Below are positions 37,523 to 47,139 of a DNA stretch of 64,000 nucleotides, piece by piece (within the stretch, counting starts at the first letter, position 1; each line of letters starts with the position of its first letter). Source of the stretch: a virus (Duplodnaviria > Caudoviricetes). Where the stretch lies: positions 34,288-98,287 of IMG/VR virus record IMGVR_UViG_2700988815_000001; one strand, 5' to 3'. The position numbers and the translations under genes were made by a program. The notes beneath the pieces are model-generated. The model had not been told where the DNA came from and did no database searches. It saw only the letters and a list, made by a program, of their open reading frames with translations.

Positions 37523-38557
37523 ATGACAGACATTCTAGTATTTGACGCGGACAGCATTGCATATAAGGCAGCCGCTGCAAACGAAGACAAAAGCATCAGC
37601 ACGCAACATATTGAGAAGGGTGTCGTAGAATACTGGGCTAACCGCACAGCTTTCCGAGCCTACATCAAAGAGACAACCCACACCGAGGATATGTACACAA
37701 TCACTGATGTGCAAGAAGCTCGCCACTCAAGCTATGGTAAGAACCTGATCCGTGATATGATCAAGGGCTACCACACTCGTACAGGCGTAAGCAAGGGTGA
37801 GATTTACATTGGTGGTGAGGGTAACTTCCGTGACCTGATTCCCCTTCCGATGACACACGTTGCAACTTGTGGTAAGTGGGCGGGCAAGAGTAAACTCGGC
37901 GGGAAATACAAAGAGAACCGTGACGACACCATTCGTCCTTTGCAATTGAAAGAGCTTCGCAACTACATGATTGGTGAGTTGAAAGCAATCGTTGTCAATG
38001 GTATGGAAGTGGATGACATGGGCAGCATCCGTGCATACCAAGGCTGGAAGGCTGACAACGGACGCATCATTCAAGTGACAGAAGACAAGGACGCACTTGG
38101 CTGCACTGGCTGGCTGTTCAACCCTGCCAAGATGATCAAGCCTGTGCTGATTAAAGGCTTTGGGGAGCTGCACAAGGAAGGGAAAGGCATTAAGGGTACT
38201 GGCAGGCTGTGGCTTTACTACCAAGCTCTCTACGGCGATTCTGTGGACAACTACCACGGCTGTGACCTGTGGAAGATTGAACAGGATCGGAATGGTAATT
38301 CCGTTACATTCGGTGAAGTGGCAGCATACAACGTGCTGAAAGACGCAACCAACGACAAAGAAGCTCTGCAAGCCCTTTACAACCAATACAAAGCTTGGTA
38401 TCCTGACCGCGTTATCTTCATGGATCACACTGGACAGATGCAAGACATGGACGCAATCCAGATCATGCAGATGTACTTTGACTGTGCTCATATGCGTCGC
38501 TGGGAAGGTGATCGAATTAACGTTGAAGAACTCCTACACAAAGTGGGGGTGATTTGA
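37523..38557 (+). CDS. 5'-3' exonuclease (T7 gp6 / FEN-like)
   Basis: DADS, NFR, YKENR, EVDD, DKD and GDSVDNY motifs. Confidence 0.88.
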   Translation: MTDILVFDADSIAYKAAAANEDKSISTQHIEKGVVEYWANRTAFRAYIKETTHTEDMYTITDVQEARHSSYGKNLIRDMIKGYHTRTGVSKGEIYIGGEGNFRDLIPLPMTHVATCGKWAGKSKLGGKYKENRDDTIRPLQLKELRNYMIGELKAIVVNGMEVDDMGSIRAYQGWKADNGRIIQVTEDKDALGCTGWLFNPAKMIKPVLIKGFGELHKEGKGIKGTGRLWLYYQALYGDSVDNYHGCDLWKIEQDRNGNSVTFGEVAAYNVLKDATNDKEALQALYNQYKAWYPDRVIFMDHTGQMQDMDAIQIMQMYFDCAHMRRWEGDRINVEELLHKVGVI

Positions 38558-38781
38558 TGGCATGGTTTGAACGTAAGGCTAAACCAGAACGCAAGTATGT
38601 GATGTTCGATCTTGACAAGGTGAGGGAGGCTAACCACCTCTCGCCTATTCAAATCCTTGAACTCGTCTGCTCTGCTTTCCAGATCAGCCCAGAAGCTGCT
38701 GTGCTGATGCACGCTGACCCTGATAAATACAAAGACCAGTATCCGAACATCGCACACCTTCTGAGAGTACACAAGGTATGA
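38554..38781 (+). CDS. Hypothetical protein
   Basis: Overlaps both neighbours. Confidence 0.55.
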   Translation: MMAWFERKAKPERKYVMFDLDKVREANHLSPIQILELVCSAFQISPEAAVLMHADPDKYKDQYPNIAHLLRVHKV

Positions 38782-39332
38782 GTGATATTCGTCCTTGGGA
38801 GTTGTACCCAGAAATCTGGAAGACCGAGGCAATGTATCTTAGCTGGATTCGTGGCGGAATCCGGCGATACCTTTGGTCGAAGAACCCAATCAAGCTGGAG
38901 TTTGTTAAATCCTCTCGCAAGATGATCACCAATCCTAATGTGAAACTACGCAAAGGAAGACCCAAAGTTTGGGGCGGAGTCTGTGAGATTTGCAACAAGG
39001 AGCACATCCTAAAGAATATGGAAGTGGATCACAAGACGGGTGAGCACTCGCTCAGAAAGATCAGCGACATTCAGAAGTTTGTCGAGGGGATTGTCTTTGT
39101 CCGTAAAGAAGACTTGGCATTCCTGTGCAAACCTTGTCACAAGATCAAAACGCTGGCTGAACGCCAAGGCATGTCCCATGAAGATGCTGCCGTTGAAAAA
39201 GAAGCAATTACCATTTGCAAGCAGAAGGCGGACGTGGTAAAGTCTTGGATCACCAAACGTGGTGAGGTTCCTGCACGCACTGTGAAAGAGCGTCGAGAAC
39301 AGATTACCAGAATGTTGAAGGAGGGGAAATGA
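38778..39332 (+). CDS. HNH-type endonuclease
   Basis: CEIC...VDH...LCKPCH..KT. Confidence 0.75.
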   Translation: MSDIRPWELYPEIWKTEAMYLSWIRGGIRRYLWSKNPIKLEFVKSSRKMITNPNVKLRKGRPKVWGGVCEICNKEHILKNMEVDHKTGEHSLRKISDIQKFVEGIVFVRKEDLAFLCKPCHKIKTLAERQGMSHEDAAVEKEAITICKQKADVVKSWITKRGEVPARTVKERREQITRMLKEGK

Positions 39333-39691
39333 AAAAGATGTACATCGCTGTTCTAGATGAGGCACCAGATTATATGGTGCCAACTCTGGTGGCACACTCT
39401 GTTATCAATGCACACATAAAGTTCACCCAGCTTATCATGAGGATTGAACAGGCGTACCCTGATTACCATGAGTGGCTAAGAGACTCTTTCCGAAAGGTTG
39501 TGTTGCGAGTTAACCGTCGAGAGTATGACAAGATTAAAGATACTTTGGCACACTTTGAAGGTCATGAAAACACTATCTGTGATGGTAAGGGTAGTTGCTT
39601 AGTTGTTCTGCCAGTTGAGTCTGATGCAGTACCAAACGTATTGAAATTCGCCAAGCTATGGGCGCCTAAGAAGGAGAGTATTAATGAGTAA
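39329..39691 (+). CDS. Peptidyl-tRNA hydrolase 2 (Pth2)-like protein
   Basis: KMYIAV...VAHS...W....RKVVLRV...KLW mirrors the Pth2 pattern. Confidence 0.55.
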   Translation: MKKMYIAVLDEAPDYMVPTLVAHSVINAHIKFTQLIMRIEQAYPDYHEWLRDSFRKVVLRVNRREYDKIKDTLAHFEGHENTICDGKGSCLVVLPVESDAVPNVLKFAKLWAPKKESINE

Positions 39692-40466
39692 GCGTCACCT
39701 GATTATTGCCGACACACAGTGCAAACCAAACACCGACCTAACCTATCTGAGTGCCATCGGTGAGTTCATCGTTGATAAGCGACCTGATGTGATTATTCAC
39801 ATTGGCGATCACTTCGACTTTGAGTCCCTGAGCACTTATGACAAGGGCAAGAAATCTATGGAGGGAAGACGCCTTGTACTCGATATCGAAGCTGGCATGG
39901 AAGGTATGCGTCGTCTCACTAACCCGCTTAAACGCCTGCAAGAGCACCAGCGAGCAAACAAGAAGAAAGTGTATAACCCTGTCATGGAATTTGTGCCGGG
40001 TAATCACGAAGAACGCTTCAATCGGATGGCAAACGACAATCCAGAGCTTGACGGTTTTGTCGGTACAGCTACACTTAATCTGGAGCAGTTTGGCTGGAAG
40101 GTTGGTCAGTTCTTGAAGCCTGTTGAAGTGGATGGCATCTACTACGTTCACTACTTGGCAAACCCACTGACTGGCAAACCTCGCACTGGTAATGCTGCAA
40201 GCCTCTTGAAGCAGGTTGGTAGCTCGTTCGTTGTCGGGCACAAGCAGATACTGGACATTGCAATTGCTGACAACCAGCTCGACGGTAGACACCGTATCGG
40301 TATCGTGAATGGTGCGTGCTACCCTCACGACGAAGAGTACAAAGGTCATCAAGGTAACAATCACTTCCGTGGCATTATGATGCTGGACGAAGTGGAAGAT
40401 GGATTCGGCTTGCCTCGCCCAATCTCTCTGGATTATCTTGTACGACGTTACAACAAAAAGGGTTGA
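39684..40466 (+). CDS. Calcineurin-like metallophosphoesterase
   Basis: ADTQ, IGDHFD, GNHE, H and GHKQ motifs. Confidence 0.85.
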   Translation: MSKRHLIIADTQCKPNTDLTYLSAIGEFIVDKRPDVIIHIGDHFDFESLSTYDKGKKSMEGRRLVLDIEAGMEGMRRLTNPLKRLQEHQRANKKKVYNPVMEFVPGNHEERFNRMANDNPELDGFVGTATLNLEQFGWKVGQFLKPVEVDGIYYVHYLANPLTGKPRTGNAASLLKQVGSSFVVGHKQILDIAIADNQLDGRHRIGIVNGACYPHDEEYKGHQGNNHFRGIMMLDEVEDGFGLPRPISLDYLVRRYNKKG

Positions 40467-40503
40467 CACCAGACAGGGGCTATCGTATGATGGCCCCTCT
40501 TTC
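40463..40503 (+). promoter_or_regulatory. Promoter overlapped by a terminator-like hairpin
   Basis: TTGACA-N17-TATGAT; AGGGGCTATC-GTAT-GATGGCCCCT then CTTT. Confidence 0.65.
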
Positions 40504-40517
40504 GTTTAGGAGGCAAC

Positions 40518-40736
40518 ATGGCACAATCTAAAGCACAGTCTTTGAGGGAAACAGTGTCTAACACAGGCATTGGTATGGTAGGGAGTTGGATCATCACAAT
40601 GGTGACATTCCACTACATAAAGGACTTGACTGTGGCTTCCACAGTCGCTACAATCGGTTGTACAGTGTGGAGCATTGGTAGGGGATATTGTGTCCGCCGA
40701 TACTTCAACAAACTACAAACTAGCAAAGGAGAATAG
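40518..40736 (+). CDS. Small two-TM membrane protein
   Basis: QSK.QSL.E...N..IG and S..RGY..RR.FN pattern. Confidence 0.7.
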   Translation: MAQSKAQSLRETVSNTGIGMVGSWIITMVTFHYIKDLTVASTVATIGCTVWSIGRGYCVRRYFNKLQTSKGE

Positions 40737-40737
40737 A

Positions 40738-40956
40738 ATGAAGCTGATTACTATTAAACAATTTGAACAGGGCGAGCTGACTGCACAAGAGGAAGGCTTC
40801 TACCAGCTCTTCTCTGCGACTGCTGCCCAGATCGCGGCAGACAACCAAGGTGAAGACCAAAACGTCCTGATCGCTGGCATCACTCGGGCGGTCATGCAAG
40901 TAGCAGGTAACGCACAAGCTCTGGCTGATCAACTGGGAGTAAACACTAATGTCTGA
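40738..40956 (+). CDS. Hypothetical protein
   Basis: RBS AAAGGAG. Confidence 0.6.
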   Translation: MKLITIKQFEQGELTAQEEGFYQLFSATAAQIAADNQGEDQNVLIAGITRAVMQVAGNAQALADQLGVNTNV

Positions 40957-41149
40957 GGTAGTTAACCTACGTGACTTGGTGAGCATGGCAGAATCCGTAG
41001 AGTTTCTGGACAAGCTCCTGCAAGAGCATGGCGAGACGGAAGAACAGCTTATGATCTTGCTGCTAAAAGTGGCAAGCACAAAAGCAATTCTGGAGCGGGC
41101 GCTGGGCTGTGACCCAATCGTTGTAACTCTGGGGGAGGATGAAGAATGA
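40949..41149 (+). CDS. Hypothetical protein
   Basis: RBS GGAG, overlaps neighbours. Confidence 0.55.
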   Translation: MSEVVNLRDLVSMAESVEFLDKLLQEHGETEEQLMILLLKVASTKAILERALGCDPIVVTLGEDEE

Positions 41150-41901
41150 GAATCCTTACCATTGACGAAATGATGGATCAGGCAGAAGGTGAACAAGCTG
41201 TCCTTGCTCGCCAGTGGGGCAAGTATCCTGTGGGCACTCAGTTGGTGAGACGTAAAGCTTACCGTGACGACCTTGCAAGTGTTGCCTACTTCTTCGACGG
41301 CGGGAAATCTTTTGAGTTCTTCGAAGAGGGTGAGGTGGGGGTTGTTGAGGAAGTAGCCACCAACACCATCTGTGCTGGCCGTGTCTGCACTGACTTTAGT
41401 GCTCACATGGAACTGTTCCAGCCTGAGCCAAGCCTGACAATTAAAACTCTGGCAGAAATCATGCCACAAGATCGTGACGAAGCTGCAAAGTTGTTCGCTG
41501 ACCTTGTTCCACCGGGCGAGGATGTAGAGCTTGGTGTGTTCCGTCCTAAGTTGGAGACTCGCAAGATTGGCAAGATTCGTGTAGAGTTGGTTGACGAAGG
41601 TTTCCCGTTGGCTCTTCGTGAAGTGGCACACGTAATGACTTGGGCACAAACTGCCAAGGGATACAAAGACCACGACTGGCAGAACCTTCCTGACGCTGAG
41701 GTCGCTCTGGCGGCGGCGGCAAGCAGGCACCGTACAGACCATATCAAGCAACGTGTTGTTGATCGGCTTGACATTGACCAGTGCGTGGATGTAGAATCTG
41801 GTCTGCTGCACAAGGCTCACGAAGCCTTCGGTGTACTGGCTCAATTAGAGTTGATGTTGCGTGGGAAATTTGTTGACTCCAGACCTCAAGTCGGGGTATA
41901 A
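41146..41901 (+). CDS. Protein with a C-terminal dATP/dGTP diphosphohydrolase (DUF5664-like) domain
   Basis: ALREVAHVMTW...Y...W...AA.RH...DVESGLLH.AH motif. Confidence 0.7.
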   Translation: MRILTIDEMMDQAEGEQAVLARQWGKYPVGTQLVRRKAYRDDLASVAYFFDGGKSFEFFEEGEVGVVEEVATNTICAGRVCTDFSAHMELFQPEPSLTIKTLAEIMPQDRDEAAKLFADLVPPGEDVELGVFRPKLETRKIGKIRVELVDEGFPLALREVAHVMTWAQTAKGYKDHDWQNLPDAEVALAAAASRHRTDHIKQRVVDRLDIDQCVDVESGLLHKAHEAFGVLAQLELMLRGKFVDSRPQVGV

Positions 41902-41902
41902 T
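41873..41902 (+). promoter_or_regulatory. Sigma70-type promoter
   Basis: TTGACT-N18-TATAAT. Confidence 0.55.
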
Positions 41903-41930
41903 ATCGTCCTACACAGGCAATAACCCAAGG

Positions 41931-41961
41931 AAGGGGAACCCGTTAAAAGGTTTCCCTTTTT
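41931..41961 (+). terminator. Rho-independent terminator in the thyX leader
   Basis: AAGGGGAACC-N8-GGTTTCCCTT-TTT. Confidence 0.7.
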
Positions 41962-41977
41962 CATATAAGGAGAGAAA

Positions 41978-42919
41978 ATGATTTCTGCTAAAATTATCGC
42001 TATCTCCATCGCCCCTAATGGTCAGATGATCGTTACGTGGGAGTTGGAATATCAACGCTTCATTCACGGAGAGTTCATGACCCATCGTCTGTTCTCACGT
42101 AATGCTGCTTCTTCGCGGGCAATTCCCGTATCTGCAATTATTGATCAAGTGAGAAATGATCCAGCAATGCCTATCCACTGGGGCCAAAACCAGCCGGGTA
42201 TGCAAGCTAAGAGTGAGCTTGGGCGCTTCCGTAAGAAGGCCGCTATCAAACTCTGGAAGCTGGCTGCACGTACCGCCTGTAAGCTCGCTGAGGCAATGAA
42301 CCGAATTGGTTTGCACAAGCAAGCGGCTAACCGTACACTTGAACCATACCAGACAATGAAGACTGTCATGACAGCTACTTGCATGGACAACTTCTTCTGG
42401 CTGCGTAACCATGAAGACGCTCAGCCTGAGATTCGTGAACTGGCTCGTTTGATGTGGGAAGCTTTGCAAGAGAGTAAGCCTAATGAGTTGAAAGCTGGGC
42501 AGTGGCATGTTCCTTATTACCAATCTGGATTCTGGCTTCCAACTGGTCAAAGGGAGGACGGGCAGGTATCTGATAATCATGGGTACACTCTTGAAGAAGC
42601 TCTGGCAATCTCTTCTAGCTGCTGCGCTCAAGTGAGCTACCGTAAGCTGGATGACACGCTTGAGAAGGCTCAGATGGTGTATAAGCGCCTTGTAGAGAGC
42701 GAACCAGTGCATGCTAGTCCGTTTGAACACCAAGCGACTCCAATGTACGAGCCAGATTTCTACTGTGGTGACTGCCAGCAACAGGCCGACTGGGAAGATG
42801 GCGTGACACACGCTGACCGTAATGGTAAGTTCTGGTCTGGTAATTTGATTGGTTGGGTACAACATCGCCAACTGATCCCGAATAATGTTTGCATGAAATA
42901 CGAGGTGTCCAATGGCTGA
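41978..42919 (+). CDS. thyX: Flavin-dependent thymidylate synthase
   Basis: THRLFSRNAASSR, AQPEI and HASPFEH motifs. Confidence 0.88.
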   Translation: MISAKIIAISIAPNGQMIVTWELEYQRFIHGEFMTHRLFSRNAASSRAIPVSAIIDQVRNDPAMPIHWGQNQPGMQAKSELGRFRKKAAIKLWKLAARTACKLAEAMNRIGLHKQAANRTLEPYQTMKTVMTATCMDNFFWLRNHEDAQPEIRELARLMWEALQESKPNELKAGQWHVPYYQSGFWLPTGQREDGQVSDNHGYTLEEALAISSSCCAQVSYRKLDDTLEKAQMVYKRLVESEPVHASPFEHQATPMYEPDFYCGDCQQQADWEDGVTHADRNGKFWSGNLIGWVQHRQLIPNNVCMKYEVSNG

Positions 42920-43250
42920 TTACGCCCTGAGTTTCCACGACCTAATGTTGGTCGATGGTTTTAAAGAAGCACACGATACACAAAACAAGAAAATCTTTGA
43001 GTCTATTCTGCAAACGAATGGCTTTGATGTGAAGTTGGGCTATGAACTTGTAGCCTGCAATCATCGCACTATCAACAACATTGAATACTACGGTATCCGT
43101 GTTGAAGGCTTTGAACGAACTGACAAGGCATGGCTCGCCACTGGTTGTGCATCCCTTGAAGCTCAGATCGAAGCAACTAACGATAAGAGCCTGAGACACA
43201 CATTGCGTGCAATGAGCTATCAGGGAACACTAACTCCTACAGACGAATAA
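42912..43250 (+). CDS. Hypothetical protein
   Basis: RBS GAGGT, between thyX and nrdB. Confidence 0.6.
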   Translation: MADYALSFHDLMLVDGFKEAHDTQNKKIFESILQTNGFDVKLGYELVACNHRTINNIEYYGIRVEGFERTDKAWLATGCASLEAQIEATNDKSLRHTLRAMSYQGTLTPTDE

Positions 43251-43258
43251 GGATTACA

Positions 43259-44320
43259 ATGCCTAATCAACTAGAAGCGGCTGCGGGCATTATGCCCGCT
43301 CCGTTCGACTTCAATGCGAAGACCCGTATCATGACGGAGACGGATAGTTACGCTACCGTCTATCCACAATTCTTAGAGTTCGCAGACCAACAGTTCGACA
43401 AACAGTTCTGGACTAACACAGAAATGAAAGTTGAGCTTGACAGGATGCAACTTCTGTTCGATCTTACACCTGCACAACTTCACGCTGTAAAGTTTGTTCT
43501 TCAACTGTTCCTCAAGTATGAGTTGATTGTTGGTGAAGAGTTCTGGAATGGCCTGTTTATCAAGGTGTTCCCAACTCCAGAAGCTAAGGCAATGGCCGCT
43601 GCATTTGCTGCCTTCGAACTGCAAGTTCACGCTCGCTTCTACAACCAACTAAACACACAACTTGGTTTGGACAAAGACGAACACTACCGTGCCTACGCTG
43701 CTAACCCTGAACTGGCTAAGCGTGTTGAATGGCTGGAGAATGTACTGTCTGGTGAAGATAAACTGCTTTCGACTATTGTATTCTCTATGACAGAGACTGC
43801 ACTGTTGTTTGCCAGCTTTGCTATCTTGAAGAGCTTCCAATCTAACGGATACAACAAACTTCCTGTTGTAGTGCGTGGAACTAACCAGAGTGCTATTGAC
43901 GAAGACTTGCACGGCTTTGCTGCTGCTTGGGCAATCAACCAACACTACAAAGAGTTGGGACGACCACTACGTGAAGACACAGCAAGGGTTGAACAAATTT
44001 ACAAGGCGATTCAATACGCCTATGAACACGAATGTCTGATCATTGATCTTGCATTCTTGGAAGACACGCTGAACGGCATGACAAAGGATGACTTCAAGAA
44101 CTACATCAAAGTGAGACTTAACGTCTTCGCTGAACGTCTTGGACTCGACCTTCCATTCCCTGACGTTAAGTCTCCAATCACCAAATGGTTTGAACTGGGA
44201 ACAGACTCTTACAAAATGGTTGACTTCTTCACACCGGGTATGGGTATGGAGTATGAAAGTAGCTGGAACGAGCAAGGCTTTATCGAAGGGTATGTTGAAA
44301 AGGAGAACTTGAGTGATTGA
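43259..44320 (+). CDS. nrdB: Ribonucleotide reductase class I beta subunit
   Basis: ExxH (ELQVH) with downstream Tyr, DEDLH, DFF...Y tail. Confidence 0.9.
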   Translation: MPNQLEAAAGIMPAPFDFNAKTRIMTETDSYATVYPQFLEFADQQFDKQFWTNTEMKVELDRMQLLFDLTPAQLHAVKFVLQLFLKYELIVGEEFWNGLFIKVFPTPEAKAMAAAFAAFELQVHARFYNQLNTQLGLDKDEHYRAYAANPELAKRVEWLENVLSGEDKLLSTIVFSMTETALLFASFAILKSFQSNGYNKLPVVVRGTNQSAIDEDLHGFAAAWAINQHYKELGRPLREDTARVEQIYKAIQYAYEHECLIIDLAFLEDTLNGMTKDDFKNYIKVRLNVFAERLGLDLPFPDVKSPITKWFELGTDSYKMVDFFTPGMGMEYESSWNEQGFIEGYVEKENLSD

Positions 44321-46043
44321 TTATTCTGCACTACGCAAGCAACAAATTGAAGACGGAGTGTGCCCACCGTGGTACACTACCGGAGGCATCCAACTGTTCT
44401 ATGACAAATACTCGTACAACAACGAGACTGTCAAGAGTCGGTTCAAGACTGTAGCTGCTGCACTTGCTGTACACGCTCCAGAGGTGTATCCTGAGTGGTG
44501 GAACGTTGTTCCCTACTGGGCGGGCAAGACTTGGGAAGATGCGTTCTTCCAAGTGATGTGGGACGGCTTCGTAAGCCCATCCACTCCACTGTTGGCAAAC
44601 GGCGGGATTCGTAAGCGAGGAACTACCGTAAGCTGTGCTGGTGGTAACGTAGCCAACAACCTGCAAAACCGTTATGACTTCCTGACCGAAGCTGCTATCC
44701 TGACCAAGCACTCTCACGGTACATCGTACTGCTTGGATGACTGGCCTGCTGAGGGTGACAAGATTCGTGGTGGACGCTCTCAAGGGTTGATGCCTTTGAT
44801 CCGTGACATTATCAATGTGATGGAAGAAGTGGCCCAAGGCCCACGTCGCGGGAGTTGTGCTTACAGCCTACGTCCTCAACACGGTGACTTCGACAAGGTG
44901 TGTGATTACCTGTATGAACGCACTGAGAGTAACAACGTTGGCTGGTTGATTGACGATGAGTTTGTTGACCTGATGAATGATGAAAACGCAGAAGCTTTGC
45001 GTAAGTTTTCCAAGATGCTTGGTGTTAAGATGCCTCGCGGTAAGGGATACTTCACATTCATTGACAAGATGAACCGCAAGTTGGCTAAAGCATTTAAACG
45101 TGCTGGCCTACGAGCAAGAGCGTCCAACTTGTGTCAAGAAACAAACTTGCCAAGTAACGAGAAGTACACATTCAGTTGTGTTATCCTCAACTACAACTTG
45201 GAACTATACCGTAGCTGGCCTGAGCACCTAGTGTTCGTTGGTCAAGTAATGTCTGACTGCAACATCAGTGAATACATTGAGTGCATGGACGAAATGTCCG
45301 AAGAAGACAAGAAGGCTATGGAGAAGATTTACCGCTTCACCACAGAGTTCCGTGCTTTGGGTAGTGGCGTTCTGGGCTGGCATACATTGCTGCAAACTGA
45401 AATGCTGAGTGTTTCTAGCATGGAAGCAATGATGCTGAACATCAAGGTGTTCCGTGGTATTCGTGCTCAAGCTGACAAGGCTAACGAATGGCTGGCATAT
45501 ACACTGGGTGAGCCTGTAGGCTGTGTAGGGCTGGGGATTCGCAACGCCACAATGTTGATGATGCCTCCTACTAAATCCACTGCTGAGTTGATGGCAGGAG
45601 CTTCTGAGGGTGTTGGCCTTGACGTTGCGATGTGCTTCACTAAGCAATCGGCGGGCGGTGAGTTCTTCCGTATCAACAAAGTGTTGCTTGCACTGATCAA
45701 GAAGAAAGGCTTGAACATTGAGCAATGCGTAAGGGATATGAACAAGCATAAAGGGTCTGTCCAGTTTGTTGACTGGCTGACTGACCATGAGAAACTTGTG
45801 TTCCGTACAGGCTTTGAGATTCCTATGGAAGATCACCTGATGCAATGTTCTCAGCGTCAACCTTACATCGACCAAGGGCAGAGCATCAACCTCTACTTCA
45901 CGTCGAATGATACACCGCAGTACATTGGCAAGATTCACAGAATCGCTTTCAACGATCCTAACATCCTGTCGTTGTACTACATCTATTCCATGCGAGGCGC
46001 CGGGGAAATTACCCGTGTTGAATCGTGTGAAATGTGCCAATAA
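44313..46043 (+). CDS. nrdA: Ribonucleotide reductase class I alpha subunit (compact, no evident ATP cone)
   Basis: VSC, NLCQE, PTKST, DQGQS, LYY and C-terminal CEMC. Confidence 0.92.
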   Translation: MIDYSALRKQQIEDGVCPPWYTTGGIQLFYDKYSYNNETVKSRFKTVAAALAVHAPEVYPEWWNVVPYWAGKTWEDAFFQVMWDGFVSPSTPLLANGGIRKRGTTVSCAGGNVANNLQNRYDFLTEAAILTKHSHGTSYCLDDWPAEGDKIRGGRSQGLMPLIRDIINVMEEVAQGPRRGSCAYSLRPQHGDFDKVCDYLYERTESNNVGWLIDDEFVDLMNDENAEALRKFSKMLGVKMPRGKGYFTFIDKMNRKLAKAFKRAGLRARASNLCQETNLPSNEKYTFSCVILNYNLELYRSWPEHLVFVGQVMSDCNISEYIECMDEMSEEDKKAMEKIYRFTTEFRALGSGVLGWHTLLQTEMLSVSSMEAMMLNIKVFRGIRAQADKANEWLAYTLGEPVGCVGLGIRNATMLMMPPTKSTAELMAGASEGVGLDVAMCFTKQSAGGEFFRINKVLLALIKKKGLNIEQCVRDMNKHKGSVQFVDWLTDHEKLVFRTGFEIPMEDHLMQCSQRQPYIDQGQSINLYFTSNDTPQYIGKIHRIAFNDPNILSLYYIYSMRGAGEITRVESCEMCQ

Positions 46044-46051
46044 TGGCGAAC

Positions 46052-46070
46052 GGGGCTTCGGCCCCACTTT
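46052..46070 (+). terminator. Hairpin / terminator with UUCG tetraloop
   Basis: GGGGC-TTCG-GCCCC then ACTTT. Confidence 0.55.
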
Positions 46071-46084
46071 AATGGAGATATGAA

Positions 46085-46441
46085 ATGACACCTGTAATCA
46101 ATACAACTGTCTTGACAACTGGCGGCACTCTTGTAACCACAATCAATGACGCTGGGGCAACCCTCGTTCTGACTGGTGACACTATCGCACCTGACTTCTC
46201 TATCGGCCTCTCGCCAGCTCAGAGCCGCGTCTACGCGACGTTCTTTGACTCTGCTGAGGACAGCCGTGACCTAGAGAATCTGATGGCCCTACAGGCCCAG
46301 TTTGAGACAGAAATGGGTGCTGAGCTGATTGCTTACAACAGCCAAGCTCTGACCAAAGACCCTGTGACCAAGGTCTACACTCAAGCTGTCACACGAATTG
46401 CTTTCGATTCGTACCAAAAAGGACTTGACGGCCCGCCGTAA
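46085..46441 (+). CDS. Hypothetical protein
   Basis: RBS GGAG. Confidence 0.6.
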   Translation: MTPVINTTVLTTGGTLVTTINDAGATLVLTGDTIAPDFSIGLSPAQSRVYATFFDSAEDSRDLENLMALQAQFETEMGAELIAYNSQALTKDPVTKVYTQAVTRIAFDSYQKGLDGPP

Positions 46442-46485
46442 GTCTGTAGAATAGCCCTCATCGCTAACGCCTTGAGGGCTTTTTC

Positions 46486-46767
46486 ATGAAACCGTTTAAA
46501 GTCGAAGCAGAGTACACCTTCACAGTCAGGTACAACAAAGAGAAGTTCACTTACCGGGAGGCTAGAGGATACCCTGTGACAGAAATCCTCTGTGACGCTT
46601 GGCAGATATACGGAAGAGTCTACGGGATAAAAGCCCAACTGTGTTCAGAGTCTGGGTTGCCAAACGGGGTTTTGGAAATCAAAGGCAGCAAAAAGGCTAA
46701 GACAGCAGAAGCTGCTATGTACGTCCTAGAAAGATTCCGCAAATTTGAGAACTGGGAGGAAGTATGA
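46486..46767 (+). CDS. Hypothetical protein
   Basis: Downstream of TTGACG-N16-TAGAAT promoter. Confidence 0.55.
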   Translation: MKPFKVEAEYTFTVRYNKEKFTYREARGYPVTEILCDAWQIYGRVYGIKAQLCSESGLPNGVLEIKGSKKAKTAEAAMYVLERFRKFENWEEV

Positions 46768-47003
46768 ACGGAGCAAAGAAGTTTCACAGTCCAGATGGCC
46801 CAGCCTTCAATGAAGGTGAGGTGTGGGTAGGTTCTTCGAACTGTCCAGTAACAATCTGGAAAACTGTGCGGTACGGTGTTGACAAGTGGGACGTTGACGT
46901 GCATTATTGGGTTCCGATGGACGCACGGCGTTCTGTGGAATGTGTCAAGAACGCTTGGAGCTTCCAAGTGCGTTACCAACATAAAGCTGATCTGGAGATT
47001 TAA
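46764..47003 (+). CDS. Hypothetical protein
   Basis: RBS GGAGG, ATGA overlap. Confidence 0.6.
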   Translation: MNGAKKFHSPDGPAFNEGEVWVGSSNCPVTIWKTVRYGVDKWDVDVHYWVPMDARRSVECVKNAWSFQVRYQHKADLEI

Positions 47004-47004
47004 A

Positions 47005-47139
47005 ATGGAAATGATTGCAGGTTGGGTATTGACAATGGGGTGCGCTCTGGGTATCATCACCCTCTCTAAAGACTACGTTCCAGTTTGTCTGGTTGGGATG
47101 GTTGTTGGGGCACTGCTGTTGAATGGGGCACTACAATGA
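47005..47139 (+). CDS. Small membrane protein
   Basis: Two hydrophobic segments, RBS GGAG. Confidence 0.5.
   Translation: MEMIAGWVLTMGCALGIITLSKDYVPVCLVGMVVGALLLNGALQ

Noticed and set aside
29855-46043. Introns or inteins in primase-helicase, polA, thyX, nrdA or nrdB
   Set aside because: ORFs are continuous and of expected or compact length, with no intein splice-junction or embedded homing endonuclease motifs noticed
31524-46091. Long minus-strand ORFs (e.g. 31524-32588, 33114-34175, 35129-36229, 40720-41844, 45228-46091)
   Set aside because: Antisense shadows of well-supported plus-strand genes with biased codon usage; no recognisable motifs
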